Part shown: positions 1 through 8,411 of the stretch, one piece after another
How the letters are laid out: each line of letters begins with the position of its first letter
Position numbering within the stretch: the stretch's first letter is position 1
Assembly: GCA_046861645.1 (NCBI GenBank)
Contig: JBHHUM010000069.1
Coordinates: 1-11,508 of the forward strand
Origin: Fidelibacterota bacterium
GTDB taxonomy: Bacteria > Fidelibacterota > Marinisomatia > Marinisomatales > UBA2128
DNA length: 11,508 nt
Direction of reading: 5' to 3'
Notes under the pieces: model-generated
The model's database searches: none
The model's input: only the letters and a program-made list of their open reading frames with translations
What the model was told of the DNA's origin: nothing
Position numbers and translations under genes: made by a program

Positions 1-228
1 GTCTTCACTATCTGTTGTAGGTAAGATCCCTACTACCAGACCTCCCTCTTCACTAACTCCACGACATACCGCCTCCATGACTCCTCCCATGCCTCCACAG
101 TAAACCTTGGCTCCATTCTGAGCCAACAACTGCCCTATTTTACGTGCTTGCTCATAAATCTCTGCCGGGCAATCTGCTCCACCATAAACACCAATACGTA
201 ACTTAGAGGTTTCTGGTAAACTACTCAT
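1..228 (-). CDS. TIGR00725-family / LOG-like (SLOG superfamily) nucleotide-binding protein, N-terminal 76 aa; runs off the window edge
   Basis: Not in the ORF track; translated by hand from the ATG at 228: MSSLPETSKLRIGVYGGADCPAEIYEQARKIGQLLAQNGAKVYCGGMGGVMEAVCRGVSEEGGLVVGILPTTDSED. The IGVxGG, GGxGGVMEAxxRG and GGxVVGILP motifs are typical of this family. The frame is open to position 1. Confidence 0.88.
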   Translation of the reverse strand, partial: MSSLPETSKLRIGVYGGADCPAEIYEQARKIGQLLAQNGAKVYCGGMGGVMEAVCRGVSEEGGLVVGILPTTDSED

Positions 229-254
229 TTACAGTGACCAGGGCTCATTGAAGA

Positions 255-653
255 TTAAATAGGAATATCTATTTTTAGACCTATTTCGACTGGTAATTTC
301 AGAAAAAACTTATCGAGTGTAATTAACCTTAAATCATTGTTGAGTACCTGGGCTGCTATCAGAGCGTCAGGAGTACTCATCGTCAGTCCCTTGGTAAATA
401 AGTTACTACGTAGTCTCCCCGCATCGATAAAATCCTTCTGTTTCAAAGAAAGATAAGTGAGCGCCGAAGTTATTCTCATTACGCCTTGTTCTACTTTCTT
501 TCCAGTGACACCTGAGTAGAGCTCTGTTAATACGATTCCATTGCAGCAGGTTCTACCCTCTCTGACTGCACTCAGGAGACGATCCAAATCATTGAGATTA
601 CTCCCCTTCAATAATGCAATAATAAGGGAAGTATCAAGAAACAGGCGGTTCAT
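255..653 (-). CDS. vapC: VapC-family PIN-domain ribonuclease toxin
   Basis: 132 aa with the PIN acidic residues in LDTS, TELYSG, PDALIAA and TLDKFF. Overlaps the upstream antitoxin gene by 20 nt. Confidence 0.9.
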   Translation of the reverse strand: MNRLFLDTSLIIALLKGSNLNDLDRLLSAVREGRTCCNGIVLTELYSGVTGKKVEQGVMRITSALTYLSLKQKDFIDAGRLRSNLFTKGLTMSTPDALIAAQVLNNDLRLITLDKFFLKLPVEIGLKIDIPI

Positions 654-885
654 TCAATTGACCAGTTTCAATAATGGTTTCCTCCTGATCCCTCCACTCT
701 CTGATTGTCTCTGTATTTAAATCAAAATCAGGTACCGAACCTATAGCAGCCATAAAATCATCGACCTTTGCCTTAGCTATTATCTCGTACAAACCCTTCT
801 CAATAACAGCCTTTTTCGTCTTTGATTTAGTTAACTTCATGGCTAATTCCAACAACTCTCCATCTATATCTAATGTTGTTCTCAT
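634..885 (-). CDS. vapB: VapB-family antitoxin (RHH-like N-terminus)
   Basis: 83 aa. MRTTLDIDGELLELAM...TKKAVIEKGL matches the MRTTxDIDxxLLxxA pattern of VapB antitoxins, with an acidic C-terminus. GGAGG RBS at 891-895. Lies directly upstream of the PIN toxin. Confidence 0.88.
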   Translation of the reverse strand: MRTTLDIDGELLELAMKLTKSKTKKAVIEKGLYEIIAKAKVDDFMAAIGSVPDFDLNTETIREWRDQEETIIETGQLNEPPVS

Positions 886-895
886 GCTTTCCTCC

Positions 896-953
896 GATGC
901 ATAACTGATACATATTACGAATATGCATCCAGAATGTCAATAGTTATATGCAT
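896..953 (-). promoter_or_regulatory. Sigma-70 promoter of vapBC with overlapping ATGCAT palindromes (putative autorepression operator)
   Basis: Minus strand reads TTGACA (940-935), a 17-nt spacer, then TAATAT (917-912). ATGCAT occurs at 897-902, 923-928 and 948-953, with ATACAT at 908-913. GATACATATT-acg-AATATGCATC (907-929) is a 9/10 inverted repeat over the -10 box. Confidence 0.72.
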
Positions 954-1110
954 TTTACCATAGACTGGCAGTCCCAGTTACACAGATCGACTTAGGTTGT
1001 TTAATGTTAGAGCAATCAATTTGTCTTGTGCGATAAACAAGTTATGTATAGACAAAAGCATTCATTTTCAGTTCCCATTCACCAATCCTTCTTTTTCTTA
1101 TGACTTTCTA

Positions 1111-2403
1111 TCAAGGTTCTAAACGAGTCAGTGTTCTTGGAAAAGGGATGGTTTCTCTGAGATGAGGTAAACCGCAAATCCACGCTACCAAACGTTCAAT
1201 TCCCAAACCGAAACCGGAATGGGGAACCGAACCATATTTCCGGAGATCGAGATACCATTGAAAATCAGCAGGATTCAAGTCTTCCTCTTGTAATCTTTCT
1301 AACAGAAGTTCTGGATTTTCCTCTCGTTGGCTGCCACCCACGATCTCACCATATCCTTCTGGAGCTAAAATGTCCATACCCAGTACTAACTTTTCATTCT
1401 CTGGTGCACGTTTCATGTAAAAGGCTTTGATTTCTGCAGGGTACAGAGTTACAATCACAGGACGGTCAAACTGATCGGAAATAACCGTCTCATGACCTCC
1501 CCCAAAATCATCTCCCCATTCGAACTCTTCGCCATTCTTGTGGAGAATATCCACTGCTTCAGTATATGTGATTCTGGGAAATGGACTTTTTACCTGGTTC
1601 AGTTTGGAAGTATCCCTCTCGAGGATTTTCAGAAGTTCGCGGCATCTATCCACGATTCGTTCCACCACGGAAACCAACAATCCCTCAGCCCAGAACATAT
1701 TTTCTTCCAGATCGCAGTAAGCGATTTCCGGCTCAAGCATCCAGAATTCTGTCAAATGTCTACGGGTTTTAGATTTCTCAGCTCGGAAAGTGGGACCAAA
1801 ACAGTAGGTCTTCCCCACTGACATCGCTGCCGCTTCGTTATAAAGTTGACCGCTTTGGGCTAAATAAGCAATCCTTCCAAAGTAGTTCGTCTCAAAAAGG
1901 GTTGTTGTCCCTTCGCAGGCATTAGCGGTAATTATGGGTGTATCTACCTGAACAAAACCATTACTATCCAGAAAATCTCGACAAGCTCGGAGAATTTCAT
2001 GACGGATCAGTAAAATCGCATGCTGACGTTTTGATCTCAGCCAGAGATGACGATTATCCATTAAAAAGGCTGTGCCGTGATCCTTTTTTGAAATAGGATA
2101 GTCTTTAGCAATCTGATGCACTTTTATCGATTTTACTTCGAGCTCATATCCACCTATGGAGCGATCATCCTTCTTAACTACACCAGTGATAGACAAGGAA
2201 GATTCTTGAGTCAATTCCGGTTCCAGAGAAAACACATCAACAGCAACATTTCCCTTTACTACTACACACTGACAATACCCTGTCCCATCTCGTAAAATGA
2301 GAAACCAGATTTTCCCACTGGAACGCTTATTATAAAGCCAGCCGTGAAGAGTTACTTCCTCGTCAACAAGATCCGGTAAGTCGGTTATATATTTATGATC
2401 CAC
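1111..2403 (-). CDS. asnS: Asparagine--tRNA ligase
   Basis: 430 aa. N-terminal OB fold (GW..NKRSSGKIWFLILRDGTG), class II motif 2 FRAEKSKTRRHLTEFWM and motif 3 HSGFGLGIERLVAWICG...IPFPR. GTG start with GGAGG at 2409-2413. Confidence 0.95.
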   Translation of the reverse strand: MDHKYITDLPDLVDEEVTLHGWLYNKRSSGKIWFLILRDGTGYCQCVVVKGNVAVDVFSLEPELTQESSLSITGVVKKDDRSIGGYELEVKSIKVHQIAKDYPISKKDHGTAFLMDNRHLWLRSKRQHAILLIRHEILRACRDFLDSNGFVQVDTPIITANACEGTTTLFETNYFGRIAYLAQSGQLYNEAAAMSVGKTYCFGPTFRAEKSKTRRHLTEFWMLEPEIAYCDLEENMFWAEGLLVSVVERIVDRCRELLKILERDTSKLNQVKSPFPRITYTEAVDILHKNGEEFEWGDDFGGGHETVISDQFDRPVIVTLYPAEIKAFYMKRAPENEKLVLGMDILAPEGYGEIVGGSQREENPELLLERLQEEDLNPADFQWYLDLRKYGSVPHSGFGLGIERLVAWICGLPHLRETIPFPRTLTRLEP

Positions 2404-2412
2404 GATTTCCTC

Positions 2413-2973
2413 CTACCACATTGAAATGATATCATTGATTAAATCTGTGGTTATTTTCTCCACAGCTATTTTTACGGCAATATCTCTGGGATCACCAGTT
2501 TCATCTGGATCTTCAGCATCCACCAGCCCATCGCCATCATTATCAATCCCATCGGATGAAACATCCTCTGTCAGGCTGTAAGCTCCCCAACCACTATAAG
2601 ATCCCGATAGCCGAACTTTATCCTCTACTACATCAAACCACTCTACAGCTACAGTGATATTGAGTCGGTACTCCTGTACCTCTTCGATTTCCGAATAGGT
2701 ATATGGTTGATCATTAACTTTCTTAATAGTCCCCCTCAAAACAGAGTGAGCGTTATCCTCGTCCACGACTTTTAAAATATTTTCTTCAATAAATATTTTT
2801 GTAACTCCATCGGTAATGGCTTCAGCTACACCAAATTCAGCAGTTTCATTCACAAAGACAGGAATACTGATTGTTTTGATGTGAGGTGGTAAGGAGCCAG
2901 TAAAGGAATAAAACCCACAACTGGATAGTAGAAGCAGACTAACGGCGGCGTTTATGCTTTTTGTCCAAGCCAT
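2413..2973 (-). CDS. lptE: LptE-family LPS-assembly lipoprotein with an inserted acidic loop
   Basis: Probable start MAWTKS at 2973 (2979 is an alternative). Signal peptide with lipobox LSSC followed by GFYSFTGSLPPHIKTISIPVFVNET, typical of FCB-type LptE. C-terminal helix ends in W. Overlaps the 3' end of the upstream regulator gene. Confidence 0.8.
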   Translation of the reverse strand: MAWTKSINAAVSLLLLSSCGFYSFTGSLPPHIKTISIPVFVNETAEFGVAEAITDGVTKIFIEENILKVVDEDNAHSVLRGTIKKVNDQPYTYSEIEEVQEYRLNITVAVEWFDVVEDKVRLSGSYSGWGAYSLTEDVSSDGIDNDGDGLVDAEDPDETGDPRDIAVKIAVEKITTDLINDIISMW

Positions 2974-4138
2974 ATTCATTGATTTTTCGATATAGTGTCC
3001 GTTCACTGATTCCCAAAACTTCGGCGGTTTTCCGGCGATTGTTATTGAACTTTTTCAAAGTACGAATAATCATCTCCATTTCCAGATCTTTCATAGATAC
3101 GTCCCCGATAGAAGATGATTTAATGGCATCATCTTGTACCTCCCCGGTAGGAGTTACTGCCATATGTACCGGACCAGGCCGGCCACTTAAGGTGCCTACT
3201 GCACCACTTCTATCAAACGCTTCATGACCAAGCGCAGCTTTAATATCCCGCAAATCCTGGCGTAGGAATAGAAGCTGCTGTAGAATCAATTCGCGTTCTG
3301 CCTGAGCTGCTGTTTTATCCACAACTATAGGGAGATTGGGTGTACTCTCTTCGACAGACAGAGTCAGATGTTTTAACACAAGTTCACTGGAAATTCGATT
3401 ACCCTTTTCGAGAAGAATAATACTTTCAATGAAGTTCCTTAATTCACGTACATTACCAGGCCAATCGTATTGCTTCATCACTTTATAAGCATCAGAGGTA
3501 AACCCCCGGAAAACAATATCGTTACTACGTGAAAATTGTAAAGCGAACCGCTCCGCCAAGACTTCCAGATCCTCCAGTCTGTTCCTTAATGGGGGTATAT
3601 TAATGGTAACAGTTCTTAATCTAAAATAGAGGTCTCGTCTAAAATTTCCTTTTTCCGCTTCTCTCCTTAAATTTTTATTGGTGGCAGCGATAATTCTCAC
3701 ATCAGTTCTACGAGTTTTAGAATCACCAACCCTCATATATTCCCCAGATTCCAATACCCGGAGAAGTTTCACCTGCGTCTCCACGGGGGTTTCACCAATC
3801 TCATCAAGGAAAACCGTCCCTCGATCAGCTTCTTCAAAATAGCCTTTTCGATCCTCACCAGCACCGGTAAAAGAACCCTTTTTGTGTCCGAAAAGTTCAC
3901 TTTCAATGATACCCGCCGGAATAGCCCCACAATTCACAACTACCAACGGATAGTTTGCTCTCCGACTAAGTTTGTGTACTGCGCGAGCCACAACTTCCTT
4001 CCCTGTACCCGACTCTCCTGTAATCAAAACAGAGATATCCACTGGGGAAACCTGACCAATCATTTCCAGCACCTGCTCTATGGCTGCAGATGTTCCAATT
4101 AATCCTGAAATTCTGCGAATTCTATCTAACTCACTCAT
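2939..4138 (-). CDS. Sigma-54-dependent enhancer-binding protein (AAA+ and Fis-type HTH), no N-terminal sensor domain
   Basis: Walker A GESGTGKE, ESELFGHKKGSFTGA, Walker B VFLDE, FRRDLYFRL, WPGNVREL and C-terminal HTH NRRKTAEVLGISERTLYRKI. The AAA+ domain begins about 12 residues after Met. Confidence 0.95.
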   Translation of the reverse strand: MSELDRIRRISGLIGTSAAIEQVLEMIGQVSPVDISVLITGESGTGKEVVARAVHKLSRRANYPLVVVNCGAIPAGIIESELFGHKKGSFTGAGEDRKGYFEEADRGTVFLDEIGETPVETQVKLLRVLESGEYMRVGDSKTRRTDVRIIAATNKNLRREAEKGNFRRDLYFRLRTVTINIPPLRNRLEDLEVLAERFALQFSRSNDIVFRGFTSDAYKVMKQYDWPGNVRELRNFIESIILLEKGNRISSELVLKHLTLSVEESTPNLPIVVDKTAAQAERELILQQLLFLRQDLRDIKAALGHEAFDRSGAVGTLSGRPGPVHMAVTPTGEVQDDAIKSSSIGDVSMKDLEMEMIIRTLKKFNNNRRKTAEVLGISERTLYRKINEYGLDKKHKRRR

Positions 4139-4156
4139 GTTATTTTCTTACTGTTA

Positions 4157-5122
4157 TTATTGTCTCTTATAAACTTGCCACATCGATTTCAAAATTGAGT
4201 CTAATCCTGAATATTTTGGCTCCCAACGAATTAGTTCTGTAGCCCATTTAGAAGAAGCAACCAATTCAGCCGGATCACCCTGACGGCGACCAACAACTTC
4301 ATAAGGAATAGGGTGATGAGTGATCTCTCTGGCTTTGGCAATGACTTCTAATACGGAAAAACCCTTCCCCGTAGCCAAGTTAATGGTAAAAGATTCGTTT
4401 TTCTGAAGATAATCCAAAGCTAAAACATGAGCTGATGCTAGATCAGTAACATGAATATAATCGCGAATACCTGAGCCGTCTCTAGTATCATAGTCGTCAC
4501 CATACACTTCAACCTTTTCCCGCTTACCAGCAGCAACCTCCATGACAATGGGTAACAAGTTTGCTGGGTTTTGCTCTAATCCTAAGATCCGCTGCTGTAG
4601 ATCGTATCCTGCAGCATTAAAGTACCTTAATGATGCATATCGTAATCCACGAAGCTTTCGATACCATTCTAGAAAATGCTCTATCATCAGTTTGGTAAAA
4701 CCGTAATAGTTAATAGGATTTGTAGGATGAGCCTCGTCAATAGGTAGGTACTCAGGATATCCATAAACTGCTGCTGAAGAGGAAAAAACAAACATCCCTG
4801 TCCCGTAGGTAGTCAGGGCGTCCAGGAGATTGATAGTACCGGAAATGTTATTTCGGGAATACTTCTCAGGTTCTATCATGGATTCCCCAGCAGCTTTAAA
4901 GGCAGCAAAATGAACCACGGCATCTACTCGGTCACGAAAACAGACTCTCAATGCTTCATTATCAAGTGTTGATCCAAAAACAAATTGAGCTTGGGAATTA
5001 AGATTTCTTTCCGTTCCAACAGAAAGATCATCGAGAATAATCACATCATGACCAGCTTCAATAAGTTCTAATACAGTATGAGAACCAATATATCCTGCAC
5101 CACCTGTAACCAATATCTTCAT
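4157..5122 (-). CDS. galE: UDP-glucose 4-epimerase
   Basis: 321 aa. GGAGYIGSH NAD-binding motif, HFAAFKAAGES, FSSSAAVYG, catalytic YGFTK (YxxxK), LRYFNAAG and RDYIHVTDLA. Confidence 0.93.
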   Translation of the reverse strand: MKILVTGGAGYIGSHTVLELIEAGHDVIILDDLSVGTERNLNSQAQFVFGSTLDNEALRVCFRDRVDAVVHFAAFKAAGESMIEPEKYSRNNISGTINLLDALTTYGTGMFVFSSSAAVYGYPEYLPIDEAHPTNPINYYGFTKLMIEHFLEWYRKLRGLRYASLRYFNAAGYDLQQRILGLEQNPANLLPIVMEVAAGKREKVEVYGDDYDTRDGSGIRDYIHVTDLASAHVLALDYLQKNESFTINLATGKGFSVLEVIAKAREITHHPIPYEVVGRRQGDPAELVASSKWATELIRWEPKYSGLDSILKSMWQVYKRQ

Positions 5123-5285
5123 TTTAATAACCTATCTTTCGCAATAAGAGAACCTTTTTTAGTTTTGTCAAACAGAAGTATATCTTGAACATGATAAAAC
5201 ATTTACTATATCCTAATACTTGAGAATTTCAACAACTCACAAGTTGTCATGACATTCAAGATGATTAAAATCAAAATGTTCATAT

Positions 5286-7274
5286 TCATTCGATATCCTG
5301 CCGCATCAACTCGATTTCATCTCTCAGCATGGCCGCTTTTTCAAAGTTTAAGTTTTCTGCAGCTTCCAACATCTCCTGTTTTAACATATCGAGTACAGCG
5401 GCTTTATCAAGATCATCTAAAAAGTCAACTTTGTGTCTGTATTCTCCCTCGGTATTCTCTTTGAATGCATCAGCCACTGAAGTGGATGAAAGTACTTCTT
5501 CCATGCTTTTATAGATGGTCTTAGGGGTAATACCATGTTTCAAATTGTATTCTTCCTGAACACGCCTGCGCCGGTTTGATTCTTCTATGACCTTTTGCAT
5601 CGACCCTGTCACCCGATCGGCATAGAACAGTACCTTTCCATTAATATTTCTTGAAGCCCGGCCGGCAACTTGCATTAGGGAGGATTCAGACCGTAAAAAA
5701 CCCTCCTTATCCGCATCCAGAACAGCCACCAAAGACACTTCTGGTAAATCCAATCCTTCTCGGAGCAGGTTGATACCTACCAAGACATCAAACTCACCCA
5801 GTCGTAAATCACGAAGAATCTTTACCCGCTCCAGAGAAATAATCTCAGAATGAAGATAGCGAACGTTTAAATTCATCCCCCTTAAATAATCGGTAAGATC
5901 TTCTGACATCCTTTTGGTAAGAGTAGTTACCAGAACTCTCTCTTTTCGCTTAGTGCGACTTCTAATTTCTCCAATGAGGTCATCTATTTGCCCGTTAGTA
6001 GGACGTACCTCAATCACTGGATCAATTAATCCAGTTGGACGAATTAGTTGCTCTACGATAACCCCCCCCGTACGTTCCAATTCACGGGGTCCCGGCGTAG
6101 CAGAAACGAAAATAGCCTGGTTTACTGCTTGCTCGAATTCATCAAATTTCATAGGACGATTGTCCAGAGCTGAGGGAAGACGAAAACCATACTCAACCAG
6201 TACTTCTTTTCTACTTCTATCACCAGCGTACATGCCCTGAATCTGAGGTAGAGTAACGTGTGACTCATCAATAAACATCAAATAGTCATTAGGAAAGAAA
6301 TCCAAAAGTGTCCAGGGCCGTTGACCTGGTTTCCGATTGGAAAAATAACGTGAGTAGTTTTCGATACCTGAACAATATCCCACTTCCAAAAGCATTTCCA
6401 AGTCGAAATTAGTTCTTTGTTCGAGGCGTTGAGCTTCCAGTAAAAGTCCTTCAGACTTGAGTTGATCTAATCGTTTCGCCAATTCTTTACGAATAGCTTC
6501 AATAATATAATTCAACTGGGAATCATCAGTTACAAAATGCTTGGCAGGATATATGTAAAGGGTGTCCAGTTCACGTATTACTTCACCAGTCAAAGGGTCA
6601 AATGAAGAGAGCGTCTCGACTTCATTGCCAAATAGCTCAACACGGATGCAGACGTCTTCATAGGCTGGGAAAATCTCGATTACATCCCCCCTGACCCGAA
6701 AGCGCCCTCGCCCTAACACGGCATCATTGCGAGAATAATATATTTTTACCAGAGCGGCAAAGAGCTCCTTCCTCTTGAGGATTTGACCTTTTTCCAGATA
6801 GACGATCTGCTCCCGGTAATCTTCTGGCGACCCTATGCCGTAAATACAGGAGACACTGCTGACTACAATGACATCCCTTCTCTCCAAGAGGGAGCTGGTG
6901 GCTTTAAGTCGTAACTTATCAATCTCTTCGTTCACTGAGGCGTCTTTCTCAATGAACGTGTCGGTAACTGGTAAGTATGCTTCCGGTTGATAATAGTCGT
7001 AATAACTGATAAAGTACTCCACTGCATTTTCGGGAAACAGGGAACGGAATTCACCATAAAGTTGTGCAGCAAGGGTTTTATTATGAGAAATGATAAGGGT
7101 TGGCTTTTGCAATTCCTGGATTACATTAGCCATCGTAAATGTTTTTCCACTACCAGTTACTCCTAATAGAGTCTGAAACTTATCACCACGATTTACACCT
7201 GCTGCCAGTTCTTTTATAGCTTGGGGCTGATCACCGGTGGGATGAAAATCAGAATGTATTCTAAATTCTGCCAT
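5286..7274 (-). CDS. uvrB: Excinuclease ABC subunit B
   Basis: 662 aa. PTGDQP, Walker A GVTGSGKT, beta-hairpin [31 protein letters not shown] and C-terminal UVR domain ([15 protein letters not shown]). Confidence 0.98.
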   Translation of the reverse strand: MAEFRIHSDFHPTGDQPQAIKELAAGVNRGDKFQTLLGVTGSGKTFTMANVIQELQKPTLIISHNKTLAAQLYGEFRSLFPENAVEYFISYYDYYQPEAYLPVTDTFIEKDASVNEEIDKLRLKATSSLLERRDVIVVSSVSCIYGIGSPEDYREQIVYLEKGQILKRKELFAALVKIYYSRNDAVLGRGRFRVRGDVIEIFPAYEDVCIRVELFGNEVETLSSFDPLTGEVIRELDTLYIYPAKHFVTDDSQLNYIIEAIRKELAKRLDQLKSEGLLLEAQRLEQRTNFDLEMLLEVGYCSGIENYSRYFSNRKPGQRPWTLLDFFPNDYLMFIDESHVTLPQIQGMYAGDRSRKEVLVEYGFRLPSALDNRPMKFDEFEQAVNQAIFVSATPGPRELERTGGVIVEQLIRPTGLIDPVIEVRPTNGQIDDLIGEIRSRTKRKERVLVTTLTKRMSEDLTDYLRGMNLNVRYLHSEIISLERVKILRDLRLGEFDVLVGINLLREGLDLPEVSLVAVLDADKEGFLRSESSLMQVAGRASRNINGKVLFYADRVTGSMQKVIEESNRRRRVQEEYNLKHGITPKTIYKSMEEVLSSTSVADAFKENTEGEYRHKVDFLDDLDKAAVLDMLKQEMLEAAENLNFEKAAMLRDEIELMRQDIE

Positions 7275-7284
7275 ATTGACTTAG

Positions 7285-7313
7285 AATTTACCAACTCTCC
7301 TCGGAGGAATCAA
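7285..7313 (-). promoter_or_regulatory. Putative sigma-70 promoter of uvrB (extended -10)
   Basis: Minus strand reads TTGATT (7313-7308), a 17-nt spacer ending in TGG, then TAAATT (7290-7285). Only 10 nt separate it from the ATG at 7274. Confidence 0.5.
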
Positions 7314-7413
7314 GGAATAGAGTACGCATATCTTGCAGGACTCAACAATTGACTATATTCTATTTTTCAAATAATAACGGATAAATGACTGATGAGTTAA
7401 CTTTCTTGAGGAT

Positions 7414-7442
7414 AAACACGATTAAATGTTTGAAACACGATT
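7414..7442. repeat. 10-bp direct repeat AAACACGATT x2
   Basis: Exact copies at 7414-7423 and 7433-7442 in the dppA-uvrB intergenic region. Function unknown. Confidence 0.5.
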
Positions 7443-7599
7443 TTTAGAAAAAAGGAATCGCATAACCTGAAGAATGAATCTACTTAAATAAATCATGGTT
7501 CAATCAATGAAATATCCTACAAATATAGTACTCACCACTTCTCAATAGCGTTACTGTCTTGTATAAAGCGATCGTTTTTTAAGTAGACATCTTTAAACA

Positions 7600-8397
7600 T
7601 TAAAGAACAAAGTGAATCATTCTCAGCGACTCCATCCAGTCATCTGTTTCAAAAGAGACTATCTGATCATCTTCTAATATCATTCCTGGGTAGAAAGAGG
7701 CCTTGTAGGCGTCTTTGGGTTTATGGAAACGGATTTTTATTTTGAAATGCTTTGGTAATTCTAACAGACATGAGGTGGTCTCTCCAGGTAATGTTTGTGC
7801 TACCACAGACTTTATCTCTTCTACTACTTTTTCAGGATGTATAGTGACAACAGAATTACCTACTCCTCTTTTAACTCCAACCGTATTGATAGAGGGGATC
7901 AATTTTTTCGCGTGTTCACACAGTGCTTCATCACCCGACAGGAAGATGACGGGAACCTGGTGCAGTGCAGCAGTAAAAGAATTCAAGAGAAATTCTGATG
8001 TTTTGATATCATTAATTGTGATTTCCGTGGCTTTACCTGTCATAGTATGAGACAAGGGATTTCCTCCTGATCCAGTCCGGGAATGATACCCAATCATTAA
8101 GGCACAAGTGAAAGAATCATCCAACTCCTGCATCATGGAGTAGGGATGACCACTCCAGCCTCTAATGAGCCTTGCTTCTTTAGGGAGAGCGCTGGCATCG
8201 ATATTTCTTCCCGAGGCATGAGCATCTTTCACTACTATCTCAGTGGCACCACCTGCCAGGGCTCCTTCACAAGCTGCAGCAGCTTCAGCTGTCATCTGAT
8301 TCTGAAACAGAGGGTAATCCTTATGTTTATGATCGACTTCATCCCATACAGCTGTTGCTGCAATACCTTCCATGTCAACGCTGATATAGACTTTCAT
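7600..8397 (-). CDS. dppA: M55-family zinc D-aminopeptidase (DppA-like)
   Basis: 265 aa. MKVYISVDMEG (D8/E10), DAH, GYH, LSHT and SGD motifs as in Bacillus DppA. GGGAG RBS in the 14-nt gap after the upstream gene. No signal peptide. Confidence 0.92.
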   Translation of the reverse strand: MKVYISVDMEGIAATAVWDEVDHKHKDYPLFQNQMTAEAAAACEGALAGGATEIVVKDAHASGRNIDASALPKEARLIRGWSGHPYSMMQELDDSFTCALMIGYHSRTGSGGNPLSHTMTGKATEITINDIKTSEFLLNSFTAALHQVPVIFLSGDEALCEHAKKLIPSINTVGVKRGVGNSVVTIHPEKVVEEIKSVVAQTLPGETTSCLLELPKHFKIKIRFHKPKDAYKASFYPGMILEDDQIVSFETDDWMESLRMIHFVL

Positions 8398-8411
8398 ACT
8401 TACTCCCTTCT

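Noticed and set aside
961..980. GACTG-G-CAGTC / ACTGG..CCAGT inverted repeat as an asnS terminator
   Set aside because: The stem is only 5 bp and has no following U-tract on the minus strand.
1492..1821. Three + strand ORFs (1492-1821, 1538-1720, 1581-1772)
   Set aside because: Antisense shadows inside asnS with no recognisable motifs.
2974..3006. Extended lptE start at 3006 from the ORF track
   Set aside because: It gives an over-long signal peptide and a larger overlap. A start at 2973 or 2979 gives a normal lipoprotein signal.
2961..4102. + strand ORFs 2961-3227 and 3884-4102
   Set aside because: Antisense to the well-supported sigma-54 activator gene, with no domain-like features.
5249..6240. 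+ strand ORFs 5249-5464, 5329-5514 and 5914-6240
   Set aside because: Antisense shadows of uvrB.
7414..7442. CRISPR-like or iteron array
   Set aside because: Only two 10-bp copies 9 nt apart, and no cas or rep gene in the window.
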